A program made the translations under genes and the position numbers. This document shows, piece by piece, positions 31,262 to 41,760 of a DNA stretch of 64,000 bases. The stretch's first letter is position 1; each line of letters starts with the position of its first letter. The notes under the pieces were generated by a model. It did no database searches, was not told the origin of the DNA, and saw nothing but the letters and a program-made list of their open reading frames with translations. The stretch is from an uncultured Gammaproteobacteria bacterium. GTDB taxonomy: Bacteria; Pseudomonadota; Gammaproteobacteria; UBA9214. The stretch is from positions 1,592-65,591 of the forward strand of contig CAVXNM010000016.1 of NCBI GenBank assembly GCA_963763115.1. The letters run 5' to 3'.

Positions 31262-31523
31262 AAATGCGGCTAAAAGGTCGATGGCTAAATCCCTCTCTTA
31301 GGGTTCTTACAAGTATAAATGTCGTTCAAATAAGCGTAGCCACCCGGCCAGCACACCAGCCGACCGGGCGACTACGCGCGCCTGTAGGCATCCCTAGTGC
31401 CGGCACGGGAGCGAAGGCGCTGTAGCGTTACCACTACGGGGGGAAGCATAGCCTAAAGTAACTGGCGGGACTAAAGGTTAAGGTATTGAGGGGTTGTAAA
31501 TTAGGGAAGAAATATCCAGATTA

Positions 31524-32588
31524 CTAACTCATGAGAGAAATACCTCGTCTGTATTCAGTGAAAATCTCAGTACACGTGAGATCCTTTCCAATCTGAACAC
31601 CAGTTAGATAGCCGCTGTTGAGTAATCTTACAACTTCATTCTCTATAATATTACAATCATGTTCTGAAAATCCTAATGCAGTTGCATAGACCCGTGCATG
31701 TACAACCGTATTTTTCTGTTCACCTACATTTGGATTAATAAGATCCATATTGAGCTTATGGAACGCAAAACCGAGGAATACAATAATTTCTGCCTCAGCT
31801 ATACAACGGCGAATAGAAACGATATCGCTTGATGATGTATCAGTCCCCTCAGTAAATGTTTTTATCTGATGTGCTAGCTCCAATAACTGTGCACCACTGG
31901 GTTCATGCCCATACGCAATAGCATTCTCATTCATTTGCCAAGGCAAATAGCCTGCAACACCATAAGGGTGATAGATATTGACTCGTGCTATTAATTCACA
32001 CGCACGATTACCATCAATTCCATAATAGTTTTGTAATGCATGATACAAATAATGTTCAATGCAGCGGTCATAGTTGAAAATGATTAGAGAGATCAAATCA
32101 AGACGCTGCTCCAAACTTTCAAGCCGACAGTTTTCTACAAGAATCTGAAAGAATTTGTTATACCAAGTACTAGATAGTGACTCGAATTTTAAGTGTGACT
32201 TCGTGGGATCATCCTCAATATACAATGTACTTCTTCGCTCCGCTTGTAATATCGAACGAACAATTGCTAGTTTGCCGCATAGTTCGATATTTTTATCACC
32301 GCTGTGTGCATCAATAAAATTGTCAATTGACATTGCTTGTGGCATTGCATCTCTAATCCGCCATCCAACATGTAGAAATGGATTTATATCGCCGGGTTGT
32401 CCATTAGGCTTGCGCACATGTAACCGAAGTGCATTTACTATAGTTATGTCACCACTTAATTGGTCACGGTAATCGAACCTTATATCCAACAGGCTGGAGA
32501 TGACTTTTTTCAGCTGTTCACCAGCAGGCAATCCAACCTCAGTGCTCGCCCCAGCTCCTACAATTAGCAACAATTTGCTATGTGACAT
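31524..32588 (-). CDS. SIR2-like (SIR2_2) domain protein, candidate anti-phage NADase
   Basis: IVGAGAS..GLP, IIFNYD, YHPYG, FLGFAF motifs; visibly AT-rich. Confidence 0.75.
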   Translation of the reverse strand: MSHSKLLLIVGAGASTEVGLPAGEQLKKVISSLLDIRFDYRDQLSGDITIVNALRLHVRKPNGQPGDINPFLHVGWRIRDAMPQAMSIDNFIDAHSGDKNIELCGKLAIVRSILQAERRSTLYIEDDPTKSHLKFESLSSTWYNKFFQILVENCRLESLEQRLDLISLIIFNYDRCIEHYLYHALQNYYGIDGNRACELIARVNIYHPYGVAGYLPWQMNENAIAYGHEPSGAQLLELAHQIKTFTEGTDTSSSDIVSIRRCIAEAEIIVFLGFAFHKLNMDLINPNVGEQKNTVVHARVYATALGFSEHDCNIIENEVVRLLNSGYLTGVQIGKDLTCTEIFTEYRRGISLMS

Positions 32589-32701
32589 TCCGCCACCAAA
32601 TTGATCCTAGGAAAATACATAATTTTTCACCTAAGTCTTCACCCGAGAACACTTCAAGCGCAAAAAAACAACTCGTTGGTGGCTTGAGTTGCTGATTCTA
32701 A

Positions 32702-32735
32702 TGGTAGGCGCGATTGGTTTTGAACCAACGATCCC
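32702..32735 (-). repeat. tRNA-Val 3'-end fragment (att-site remnant)
   Basis: Minus strand GGGATCGTTGGTTCAAAACCAATCGCGCCTACCA = T-arm, acceptor 3' strand and CCA resembling gammaproteobacterial tRNA-Val(GAC); no 5' half. Confidence 0.7.
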
Positions 32736-33004
32736 GGTCAAGAAAAGCCACCTGTCCGGCTGGATCATATCAACCGGGAGACTACCCATCCTATACGGGA
32801 AAATACCTACTAGACGGTTGAGGCGCACCTGACAGATTCCCACGACCCACCTTGCCAGACTCCCCGGCATGGACCTATCCAAGATGACCCGCCATGAGAT
32901 CGAGGCACTATTGCGGCTGCTGGCAGAAATGGAGCGCGAGTAACTAGCGTTGCTGATGTAGGATCGGTGGGAGGCAGAACTACAAGGGCAGCCACATGGT
33001 TTGT

Positions 33005-33042
33005 GCTAAAGGTCCGGAATCGGCCAACTACGGAGCTTTAGC
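33005..33042. repeat. Palindromic site GCTAAAGGTCCG-N14-CGGAGCTTTAGC
   Basis: 14-bp CTAAAGGTCCGGAA identical in inverted orientation to 35625-35638. Confidence 0.7.
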
Positions 33043-33349
33043 GAACACTGATATTCAATTACGAGTGCGGCATAGGGGCATGGGCACTGTCATGTTTTGC
33101 CAGTGCAGTGGTACAAATAAAGGAAAATGCAAGAAACAGTCCTAGATATTTCATGTTCCTACGCTCCGGTATCAGGCTTTATATTTAAACCGTGATCTTG
33201 TCAAATCTCTTGGCTGACAACTCATACGGTACTTTGATGGGAGGGGTACCAGAATCTTGTCATGGAGACCGTTTGGACTGGTCGGGGACAAGGCTAGTCT
33301 GCTAGGCTGCGGTATCTAACTGTTAGTCCAAGTCCTCCTAGAGAAAAGT

Positions 33350-34351
33350 ATGTACACAGATGAAGATCTCGATTACGCAGTAAAAAAAGGAATATTTACG
33401 GGCGAATCCGTTGGGGAATTTCGAGCTCAATTGTCCTCAACAAAAAACACACCTTCTGTGGACGAGGAGAATTTCCGTCTAATTACAGGTTTTAATGACA
33501 TATTTGTAGTAATCGCCTGTATGTTGCTGCTTTTCTCTTCAAAGTGGGTGCTGAGCACAATTAATGAGTCCCTGGGTTCGCTTGTATTTACCGTAATGGC
33601 ATGGGGTTTGGCCGAGTTTTTTGTGCTAAGAAGAAAAATGGCGTTACCGGCAATAGTATTGCTGTTGTCTTTTGTTGGTGGTGTGTTCGGGTTAAGCCTG
33701 AGCCTGTTTCACTCTCTGTCGGAAACATCATTAATTGTTGCTGCCGCGCTAGCAGCCATTGCTGCATATTTTCATTGGCGACGATTCAAGGTGCCGATTA
33801 CCGTCGCTACGGGTACAGCAGCAGCCATAGGCTTTCTTATCGCGTCAATCCTGTCAATATTCCCTGGTGCAAAAGACTGGCTAGATGTCATTCTCTTTAT
33901 ATGTGGTGTTGTAACATTCGTATTTGCCATGTATTGGGATGCTTCAGATCTAAACAGGACAACCCGTCGATCTGATGTGTCCTTCTGGCTCCATCTTTTG
34001 TCTGCCCCCCTTATTATTCACCCTGTTTTCTCAAATCTGGGTATCCTGGATGGGAAGGAAAGTTTGAGTAGCATGGCTATAGTTATCATCCTGTATTTTC
34101 TAATGACGTTCGTGTCCGTTGTCGTTGACAGGCGTGCTTTCATGGTTTCATCGCTGATCTATGTGCTTTACGCTCTTTCAAGTCTTCTAAAAGTTTATGG
34201 GGTTGTTGGCTACAGCTTTGCTTTGACAGGTGTAATTATTGGATCTGCGCTTTTATTGTTGTCAGCATTCTGGCATCCAGCCAGAACAAAATTATTAGCT
34301 CTATTATCCCCGTCAATTCAGAACCATGTACCTGGTATTAACAATAACTGA
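33350..34351 (+). CDS. Multi-pass membrane protein, putative integron gene cassette
   Basis: About 10 hydrophobic segments, DEENFRLITGFNDIF, RRSDVSFWLHL; GTTAGTC at 33322 and attC-like half-site at 34364-34393. Confidence 0.8.
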   Translation: MYTDEDLDYAVKKGIFTGESVGEFRAQLSSTKNTPSVDEENFRLITGFNDIFVVIACMLLLFSSKWVLSTINESLGSLVFTVMAWGLAEFFVLRRKMALPAIVLLLSFVGGVFGLSLSLFHSLSETSLIVAAALAAIAAYFHWRRFKVPITVATGTAAAIGFLIASILSIFPGAKDWLDVILFICGVVTFVFAMYWDASDLNRTTRRSDVSFWLHLLSAPLIIHPVFSNLGILDGKESLSSMAIVIILYFLMTFVSVVVDRRAFMVSSLIYVLYALSSLLKVYGVVGYSFALTGVIIGSALLLLSAFWHPARTKLLALLSPSIQNHVPGINNN

Positions 34352-34658
34352 CTGCGCGACCAAACCTGACAAGGCACTGTTGTCGGATAAATTATGTACT
34401 GCCGCTAACTTTCCCGTTTACGATGTTTGGCGCATATGCCGAGCCAAGGGATAAGCCACTGATTCTATGCAATGCTGAATCAGCATCTATCCGGAAAAAG
34501 GCTGTTCTCGGGAAAGATCGTCAAACAGCAGGCTGGCTTTGGTAAGCTTAACGCGTACTCTCTGGGACAAACCAGACCTTCCCTAATTGTGATATCCCTA
34601 CGAGTGCGGGGTGCATGAACGGGGATAACCGGCCAAAATAAGAACTTTAGACGCAAAC

Positions 34659-34679
34659 AAAAACGGCCCCGAAGGGCCG
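34659..34679 (-). terminator. Rho-independent terminator
   Basis: Minus strand CGGCCC-TTCG-GGGCCG-TTTTT. Confidence 0.7.
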
Positions 34680-34695
34680 ACTCTTAGTGAAGTTG

Positions 34696-34850
34696 TTAGG
34701 TTGTTTTCTTACGCCTTGATATTCCTATCAGCCCCAGCAGACCACTGCCGAAAAAACCACACGATTGCAGGTACCGGTACCGCGCTGACATCGCTTAAAT
34801 GAACAGCCCGGGCGAAGACGCTGTAGTCCTTGCCGAGGATGTCCTGGGAT
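34696..34850 (-). pseudogene. Orphan 3' end of a VPLPA-CTERM (exosortase-sorted) protein
   Basis: Manual translation SQDILGKDYSVFARAVHLSDVSAVPVPAIVWF/FGSGLLGLIGISRRKKTT* (one extra T in T-run); no start codon. Confidence 0.75.
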
Positions 34851-34858
34851 ATATGTGT

Positions 34859-35275
34859 TTATTGCCAGCCGATCACCTCATAGCCGCGCTCGCGCAGGCA
34901 ACGGGCAACGAAATTCTTGAATATCGGTGATGTCTCGGTCGCCTGCATGCCACCACTCACAGTGCCGGCAGCTGCACCGGCGGCTGCACCAGCCAGTGCG
35001 CGCTGACCTGCGTTACCACTTACCAGGCCCCACGCGCCTGCGGCGGCACCACCGACCGCAGCGCCACCAACGGCTTTTTTACCCACCTCACTGTCTTTGT
35101 TCTCGGCGACACCACTGGAGTGTGCCAACTGTTTGCAGGCAGCGACATCCTGTTCGGCCTGCACCTGTCCGACACTCTGCATATGGCTGTTGGGATAGAG
35201 CACCGGCATGGGTGGTGCACTGGCACATCCAACCAGTAACCCTCCCAGGACAATGCCGGTGGACTTTAATCTCAT
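34859..35275 (-). CDS. Glycine-zipper lipoprotein
   Basis: Lipobox LVGC, QDVAAC, GGAAVGGAAAGA..AGAAAGAAAG, CLRERGY. Confidence 0.85.
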   Translation of the reverse strand: MRLKSTGIVLGGLLVGCASAPPMPVLYPNSHMQSVGQVQAEQDVAACKQLAHSSGVAENKDSEVGKKAVGGAAVGGAAAGAWGLVSGNAGQRALAGAAAGAAAGTVSGGMQATETSPIFKNFVARCLRERGYEVIGWQ

Positions 35276-35544
35276 GCGGCGTCTTCCACTGTTGCCTGTA
35301 TCGTGTGTACATCGCGTTGGGGGAAAAGTATGGAAATACCCTCTTTGTCAAAACACTGTTAGAGAGTATAGGAAAAGTAAACGCCTTTTTCATCACTCGT
35401 CAACGGTTCATCCAAGTGTAACGAAGTGATCTGCGCCCTGCCACGACCCCGAAATACTGTCCCATACCGCACAACACTATCCAATTGTTCGCGTTCGTTC
35501 GTACCACTTGCGCGGCTACCCCTGGCATCAGGTCAAGCGGAATC

Positions 35545-35639
35545 ATGGCGCTCCCTTTTGGGTCGTTCTTGTTCGTTTAGCGACTGTTAATATAAGCACC
35601 AGCTAAACGGCGACTTTGGGTCGTTTCCGGACCTTTAGT
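35545..35639. repeat. Two tandem degenerate palindromic sites
   Basis: TTTGGGTCGTT...TTTAG repeated at about 57-bp period; second copy matches 33005-33042 and 30408-30442. Confidence 0.65.
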
Positions 35640-35814
35640 GTTTCCTTATCTGGCATTCAGACCCGCCTGACAGGCACCCATCAAGCACCCTACACAACCG
35701 CCACGCTATCCGCTCCAACCGTTGCGCCATATCATCATCACCCTGGAGCCTGGTGCGTTCCATTTCTGCGATCACTTCCCACCATGCCTGCTGTATCTCT
35801 TTGCGTGCGTCCAT
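35635..35814 (-). CDS. Small hypothetical protein (59 aa), copy 2 of repeated module
   Basis: MDARKEIQQAWWEVIAEMERTRLQGDDDMAQRLERIAWRLCRVLDG; paralogous fragments at 30460-30582 and 36718-36759. Confidence 0.6.
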   Translation of the reverse strand: MDARKEIQQAWWEVIAEMERTRLQGDDDMAQRLERIAWRLCRVLDGCLSGGSECQIRKH

Positions 35815-36013
35815 GTCGCCATGATGGCAAGACGAGGAAGTTGGGTCTGTATACATTGCCGGATGGGAGTGTAGGAAAGGACCGTATTGAAAATGACCCG
35901 AAGACTCGGCGCTTCCGATGCTGCAAGGTCATTGGGCGTATCTTAATCAACGGGTCAAGCTGCTACATCTAACCTAGGACAGATGTGTGAGTATCCGCCA
36001 GTGGGAAAACTAC

Positions 36014-36316
36014 TTATTCTGTCAAACTGCCCAATTGACCGCCAAACTGCTTCGAGGTCAGTGGCGCATGATCCGGCACAATGGCAGAAATTAAGTCAAT
36101 GTGTCTTGCTCGGTGAGCGTGTACCCTTTGTCCAATCAAGAAGTAAATGACAATGGTACAGACGAACATCGATAGTAAGGTTGCAGGCCAGTACCACGTT
36201 ATCAGGAAATAAATAACTACGTAGAAAACCACACTCAGGCTGACTGCCTGAGATATCAGAATGAACTTTTCCATACGCCCCCAAGGCCGTGGATGTACTG
36301 CAAGTCTAACCCTCAA
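36014..36316 (-). CDS. Small hypothetical membrane protein
   Basis: Two hydrophobic segments; no recognised motif. Confidence 0.35.
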   Translation of the reverse strand: MRVRLAVHPRPWGRMEKFILISQAVSLSVVFYVVIYFLITWYWPATLLSMFVCTIVIYFLIGQRVHAHRARHIDLISAIVPDHAPLTSKQFGGQLGSLTE

Positions 36317-36965
36317 TTCATGACATAGATATTACGGGAATCACTTAGACCAGCCTGTGACTGCGAAGGCGTGGCGATCCGGGGCGGGGTCATGGGGTAA
36401 TTGGCGGGAGCGAGGCGGGGAGGGTAGATTCTAGGACAGAGACCGCCACATGGATCGATCCTTATCATCCGAATTGAATGGAGAACAGGGTGGAAATATA
36501 TCTCCCGAAAAAGAGAGACGGGCACATGGCAATAGCGAAGATATGAAAGAGGGGGGGTGCCCCTACTTCATGGCGCACTGATAAAAGCCACAATCTCGCG
36601 GGTCCTTCTCGGTTCAAATAATTACGGGTAAACGGACGCGAGGGCATCTCACAGAGATAGGTGATTTGACGATTTCCTTCACTAATCTACCCTGTCGCTA
36701 ACGCGCAGAGCGCAAGGCACCTCCCACATCACCTGCTGTATATCTCTGCGCATGTCCATGGTGGCAGCATGGCGGGTTGGAATGATCTGGTCTGTCAGAT
36801 ACGTCTGATTGTGGTGTGAGGCGGTGCTGGCTGTCTAGTAAAGTCGCGGAGTGTGCAGGAGCGCAGATTGTGCCGAAATTGATATTTTTATCTTTGATTT
36901 TCCGTACCAGCGTCCGTACGGTTTTCGATTACTCGGTGGGAAATCGCGTAACTTATTGTTTTGAT

Positions 36966-37042
<77 letters not shown>

Positions 37043-37044
37043 AT

Positions 37045-38013
37045 TCAATATGTGCGATTGACGGAAAAATCCGCGAGGCTGTACAGGGCCTCTTTGTATC
37101 TGGATGCCGGCAACGGCTCCAGTGCCGCAATGGCCTGATCGGCCTCCCGTTGCGCAGCCTGCGCAGTGTACGGGATGCTTCCAGTTGATTCAATGACGGC
37201 GAGCACGGCTGTCAGGTTTTCATGCCCGCCGTTCTCGATCGCCGTGCGGATGAGCTGCGCTTCTTCCGGCGTGCCCAGGTGCATGGCGCGAAGCAGCGGC
37301 AGTGTTGGCTTGCCCTCGGCGAGGTCATCCCCGAGGTTTTTGCCGGTATCCCCGGGTGAAGCGTTGTAATCCAGGACGTCGTCGATCAGCTGGAAGGCGA
37401 TGCCGAGGTGCAATCCATAGCCGGCCAGAGCGGTTTCGACCGCCTCCGGCTGTCTGCCCAGGATCGCACCGATCTGCGCGGCGGCCTCGAAGAGCCTGGC
37501 GGTCTTGCGACTAATCACTTCCATGTAGCGCGCTTCTGTGGTGTTCGCCTCGTGGCAGTTGAGCAACTGCAGCACTTCTCCCTCAGCGATGGTGTTGGTC
37601 GTGTGCGACATGAGTTCCATGATGTGCATGTCGTTGGCCTCGACCATCATTTCGAAGGCGCGCGAATAGAGAAAATCCCCGACCAGGACGCTGGCCTCGT
37701 TGCCCCACACGGCGTTGGCGGTCTTGTTGCCGCGGCGCAAGAGCGAGGCGTCGACGACATCATCATGCAGCAGCGTGGCGGTGTGGATGAATTCGACCAC
37801 CGCGGCCAGGTTGATATGCTGGTTGCCCTGGTATTGGCTGGCGCGGGCGGAAAGCAGGACCAGCAGCGGGCGCAGCCGCTTGCCGCCGCTGTTTATAATG
37901 TAATTTGAAAGCTGGTTGATCAGGGTTACATCGCTGTACAGGCGTGACCTGATCAATGCATCGACTGCCGCCACGTCGTCTGACACGAGTGCACGCAACG
38001 CCTCGATGCTCAT
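37045..38013 (-). CDS. ispB: Octaprenyl diphosphate synthase
   Basis: GGKRLRP, LLHDDVVD, FQLIDDVLD, GDDLAEGKPT. Confidence 0.95.
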   Translation of the reverse strand: MSIEALRALVSDDVAAVDALIRSRLYSDVTLINQLSNYIINSGGKRLRPLLVLLSARASQYQGNQHINLAAVVEFIHTATLLHDDVVDASLLRRGNKTANAVWGNEASVLVGDFLYSRAFEMMVEANDMHIMELMSHTTNTIAEGEVLQLLNCHEANTTEARYMEVISRKTARLFEAAAQIGAILGRQPEAVETALAGYGLHLGIAFQLIDDVLDYNASPGDTGKNLGDDLAEGKPTLPLLRAMHLGTPEEAQLIRTAIENGGHENLTAVLAVIESTGSIPYTAQAAQREADQAIAALEPLPASRYKEALYSLADFSVNRTY

Positions 38014-38221
38014 TGTAACATTTTGATTGTAAATGACTTCCTGCATTTCTGTGTATTTATGGCCGGATTGGCCGCGTGATGTTCTGTTTATTAGATGGAC
38101 TGGTTAGTTTAACGATCTTGTTCGTCACGCACCAGAAGGTATTTGATTGACCTTGAACAGGGCAATCATTAAAATGAGCGGCCTTTTTCTGAATACTGGT
38201 GATACAGCTGGAGTTTCCGAC

Positions 38222-38530
38222 ATGTATGCCGTGATAAAAACCGGTGGTAAGCAGTACCGGGTCTCGCAGGGAGATACCTTGAGGGTTGAGAAACTGAACG
38301 CCGGTGAGGGTGAGTCCGTGGAGTTCGAGCGGGTCCTGATGATTGGTGCGGACGACGATATCAAGATCGGCGCACCCTACCTGGACGGCAGCCGCGTGAC
38401 CGCCAGGGTGAAAAGCCATGGCCGTGCTGACAAGGTGGACATCGTCAAGTTCAAACGACGCAAGCATCACATGAAGCGGATGGGACATCGTCAGAGCTAC
38501 ACCGAAGTGGAGATCACGGGCATCTCGTGA
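38222..38530 (+). CDS. rplU: 50S ribosomal protein L21
   Basis: [21 protein letters not shown]. Confidence 0.97.
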   Translation: MYAVIKTGGKQYRVSQGDTLRVEKLNAGEGESVEFERVLMIGADDDIKIGAPYLDGSRVTARVKSHGRADKVDIVKFKRRKHHMKRMGHRQSYTEVEITGIS

Positions 38531-38556
38531 TGGTCCGCGTTTAAGAGGATACTTAC

Positions 38557-38814
38557 ATGGCACACAAGAAGGCAGGCGGCAGTACACGTAACGGCCGCGA
38601 TTCTGAATCGAAGCGCTTGGGCGTCAAATGCTACGGTGGTGAGTCGGTGATCGCCGGCAATATCATCATTCGACAGCGGGGCACGCGTTTCCACGCCGGC
38701 AGCAACGTTGGCTGCGGACGGGACCATACCCTGTTCGCCAAGAGTGACGGCACCGTGCGTTTTGTCGAGCGTGGTGCCAAAAAACGCAAGTACGTGGAAG
38801 TGGTCGCCGGCTGA
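38557..38814 (+). CDS. rpmA: 50S ribosomal protein L27
   Basis: [24 protein letters not shown]. Confidence 0.98.
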   Translation: MAHKKAGGSTRNGRDSESKRLGVKCYGGESVIAGNIIIRQRGTRFHAGSNVGCGRDHTLFAKSDGTVRFVERGAKKRKYVEVVAG

Positions 38815-38839
38815 GCCTGAGATCCTGATGGATTGAACG

Positions 38840-38863
38840 ACCCCGCCCCCGTGCGGGGTTTTT
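38840..38863 (+). terminator. Rho-independent terminator after rpmA
   Basis: ACCCCGC-CCCCGT-GCGGGGT-TTTT. Confidence 0.75.
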
Positions 38864-38952
38864 CATTTAGGGGAAGGAAAAATCGCTTGCCCATGTGATG
38901 TATCGGGGCGGTGCGGTGTTTCTCCTGTCAAGTGTTTAATATCCATACCTGA

Positions 38953-40005
<1,053 letters not shown>

Positions 40006-40049
40006 CGTTATCCTGCCCGACGGTAGGGTCGTGGCATGGATTTCTGGCG

Positions 40050-41180
40050 ATGATGTCGAAACAGGTAAAAACAAGCGAATGCAGACGCTGGGTCATCAAG
40101 ATCGGCAGCGCCCTGCTGACGGACAATGGTCGCGGCTTGGCGCTGGGTGCGATCGACGGTTGGGTGGAACAGATCGCCAAATTGCGCCAGCAGGGCCGTG
40201 AATTGCTGCTGGTCTCGTCCGGCGCGGTGGCCGAGGGCATGACGCGTCTGGGATGGGTCCGTCGCCCGCACGCCCTGTATGAACTGCAGGCGGCGGCGGC
40301 CGTTGGCCAGATGGGGCTGGTCCAGGCCTATGAGTCACGATTCCAGCGATACGGATTGCACACCGCGCAGGTGCTGCTCACCCACGATGATCTCGCCGAC
40401 CGCCAGCGATACCTGAATGCCCGCAGCACCCTGCGCACGCTACTCAGACTGGGCGTGGTGCCGGTCGTGAATGAAAACGATACCGTGGCAACCGAGGAAA
40501 TCCGTTTCGGCGACAACGACACCCTGGCCGCACTGGTGGCCAATCTGGTGGAGGCCGATCTGCTGGTCCTGCTGACTGATCAGCCCGGAATGTATGACAA
40601 GGACCCGCGCCGGGATGCGCAGGCCTCGCTGCTGCCCGAGGCGCAGGCCGGTGACGCGTCACTGGAGGCCATGGCGGGCGATACCGGCGGGGTGCTCGGG
40701 CGGGGCGGTATGTTGACCAAGGTACGGGCGGCGGCGCGCGCGGCGCGCTCCGGGACGCTGACGGTGATCGCTTCGGGCCTGGAAGAAAAAATCCTTCAGC
40801 GCCTGGCCTCGGGCGAGACACTCGGCACCCGCCTGTTTCCGGCTGCTGCGCCACTGGCTGCACGCAAGCAATGGCTCGCCGGACGGCTCCAGGTGCGCGG
40901 ACGCCTGACGCTTGATAGCGGCGCCGTCAGCGTGCTGCGGGCGGCGGGCAGGAGTCTGCTGCCTGTCGGTGTGACCCGGGTGGATGGTGATTTCGATCGC
41001 GGTGACCTGGTGGTGTGTTATGGCCCCGGCGGCGAGGAAACCGCCCGTGGCCTGGTGAATTACAGTGGTGAGGAATCACGCAGGATCATCGGGCAACCCA
41101 GCCACCGCATCGAAGAGATCCTGGGGTATGTGGATGAGCCGGAGCTGATACACCGCGACAACCTGGTCCTGATGGGTTAG
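40050..41180 (+). CDS. proB: Glutamate 5-kinase
   Basis: [31 protein letters not shown] domain. Confidence 0.97.
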   Translation: MMSKQVKTSECRRWVIKIGSALLTDNGRGLALGAIDGWVEQIAKLRQQGRELLLVSSGAVAEGMTRLGWVRRPHALYELQAAAAVGQMGLVQAYESRFQRYGLHTAQVLLTHDDLADRQRYLNARSTLRTLLRLGVVPVVNENDTVATEEIRFGDNDTLAALVANLVEADLLVLLTDQPGMYDKDPRRDAQASLLPEAQAGDASLEAMAGDTGGVLGRGGMLTKVRAAARAARSGTLTVIASGLEEKILQRLASGETLGTRLFPAAAPLAARKQWLAGRLQVRGRLTLDSGAVSVLRAAGRSLLPVGVTRVDGDFDRGDLVVCYGPGGEETARGLVNYSGEESRRIIGQPSHRIEEILGYVDEPELIHRDNLVLMG

Positions 41181-41191
41181 GTGCAGAAATG

Positions 41192-41218
41192 AAAAAGCCG
41201 GTCAGGGACCGGCTTTTT
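41192..41218. terminator. Bidirectional terminator between proB and rpsT
   Basis: AAAAAGCCGGTC-AGG-GACCGGCTTTTT. Confidence 0.85.
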
Positions 41219-41242
41219 CGAGTCTGCAACCGCATCTGATCA

Positions 41243-41503
41243 TCAGAGGGCGTGGATATGCTGATTGAGGCGGCTCTTGTGGCGGGCGGCCTTGTTGTGA
41301 TGAATCAGACCCTTGCCTACCGCGCTGTCGATAACCGGTACTGCCTTGCGATAGGCCTGCGTGGCGGCTTCTGCATCGCCGCTGCGGATCGCTGCAAAAA
41401 CCTTCTTGATCGATGTGCGCAGTTCCGAGCGTTGACTGGCATTGCGCTGACGGCGGTTTTCCGCCTGGCGCGCGCGCTTGGTTGCTTGTGCTGAATTGGC
41501 CAA
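41243..41503 (-). CDS. rpsT: 30S ribosomal protein S20
   Basis: [26 protein letters not shown]. Confidence 0.97.
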   Translation of the reverse strand: MANSAQATKRARQAENRRQRNASQRSELRTSIKKVFAAIRSGDAEAATQAYRKAVPVIDSAVGKGLIHHNKAARHKSRLNQHIHAL

Positions 41504-41760
41504 AGTACGACTCCTGACTCGGGTAGTTCAAAGGCGGGGTACTATGCGGATTTTCGTGTGATTTGTCAATCTTGTGCGGACAGAAGGACAGCGCTATGAG
41601 CTGGCGGGAGTTGCGGATCGGGATGCATTGAACCAAACCTGTGCGCGGGGTGTGTCCTGCTGTTAAGCTACTGTTTTTCAAATGGCCTTTGTAACCGCAC
41701 AATCAATCCTCCTGTTATGATTACCCAGCCTGCTGCGACCCGGCTGCGGCGCTCCCGTGT

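Noticed and set aside
34670-34700. attC right arm (…GAAGTTGTTAGG)
   Set aside because: Better explained as stop codon and terminator of the minus-strand VPLPA-CTERM remnant
35545-35639. CRISPR array
   Set aside because: Only two degenerate units, no regular spacers, no cas genes
29885-36960. Intact prophage, ICE or integron at tRNA-Pro
   Set aside because: No integrase, structural genes or tRNA-Pro direct repeat found; only fragments
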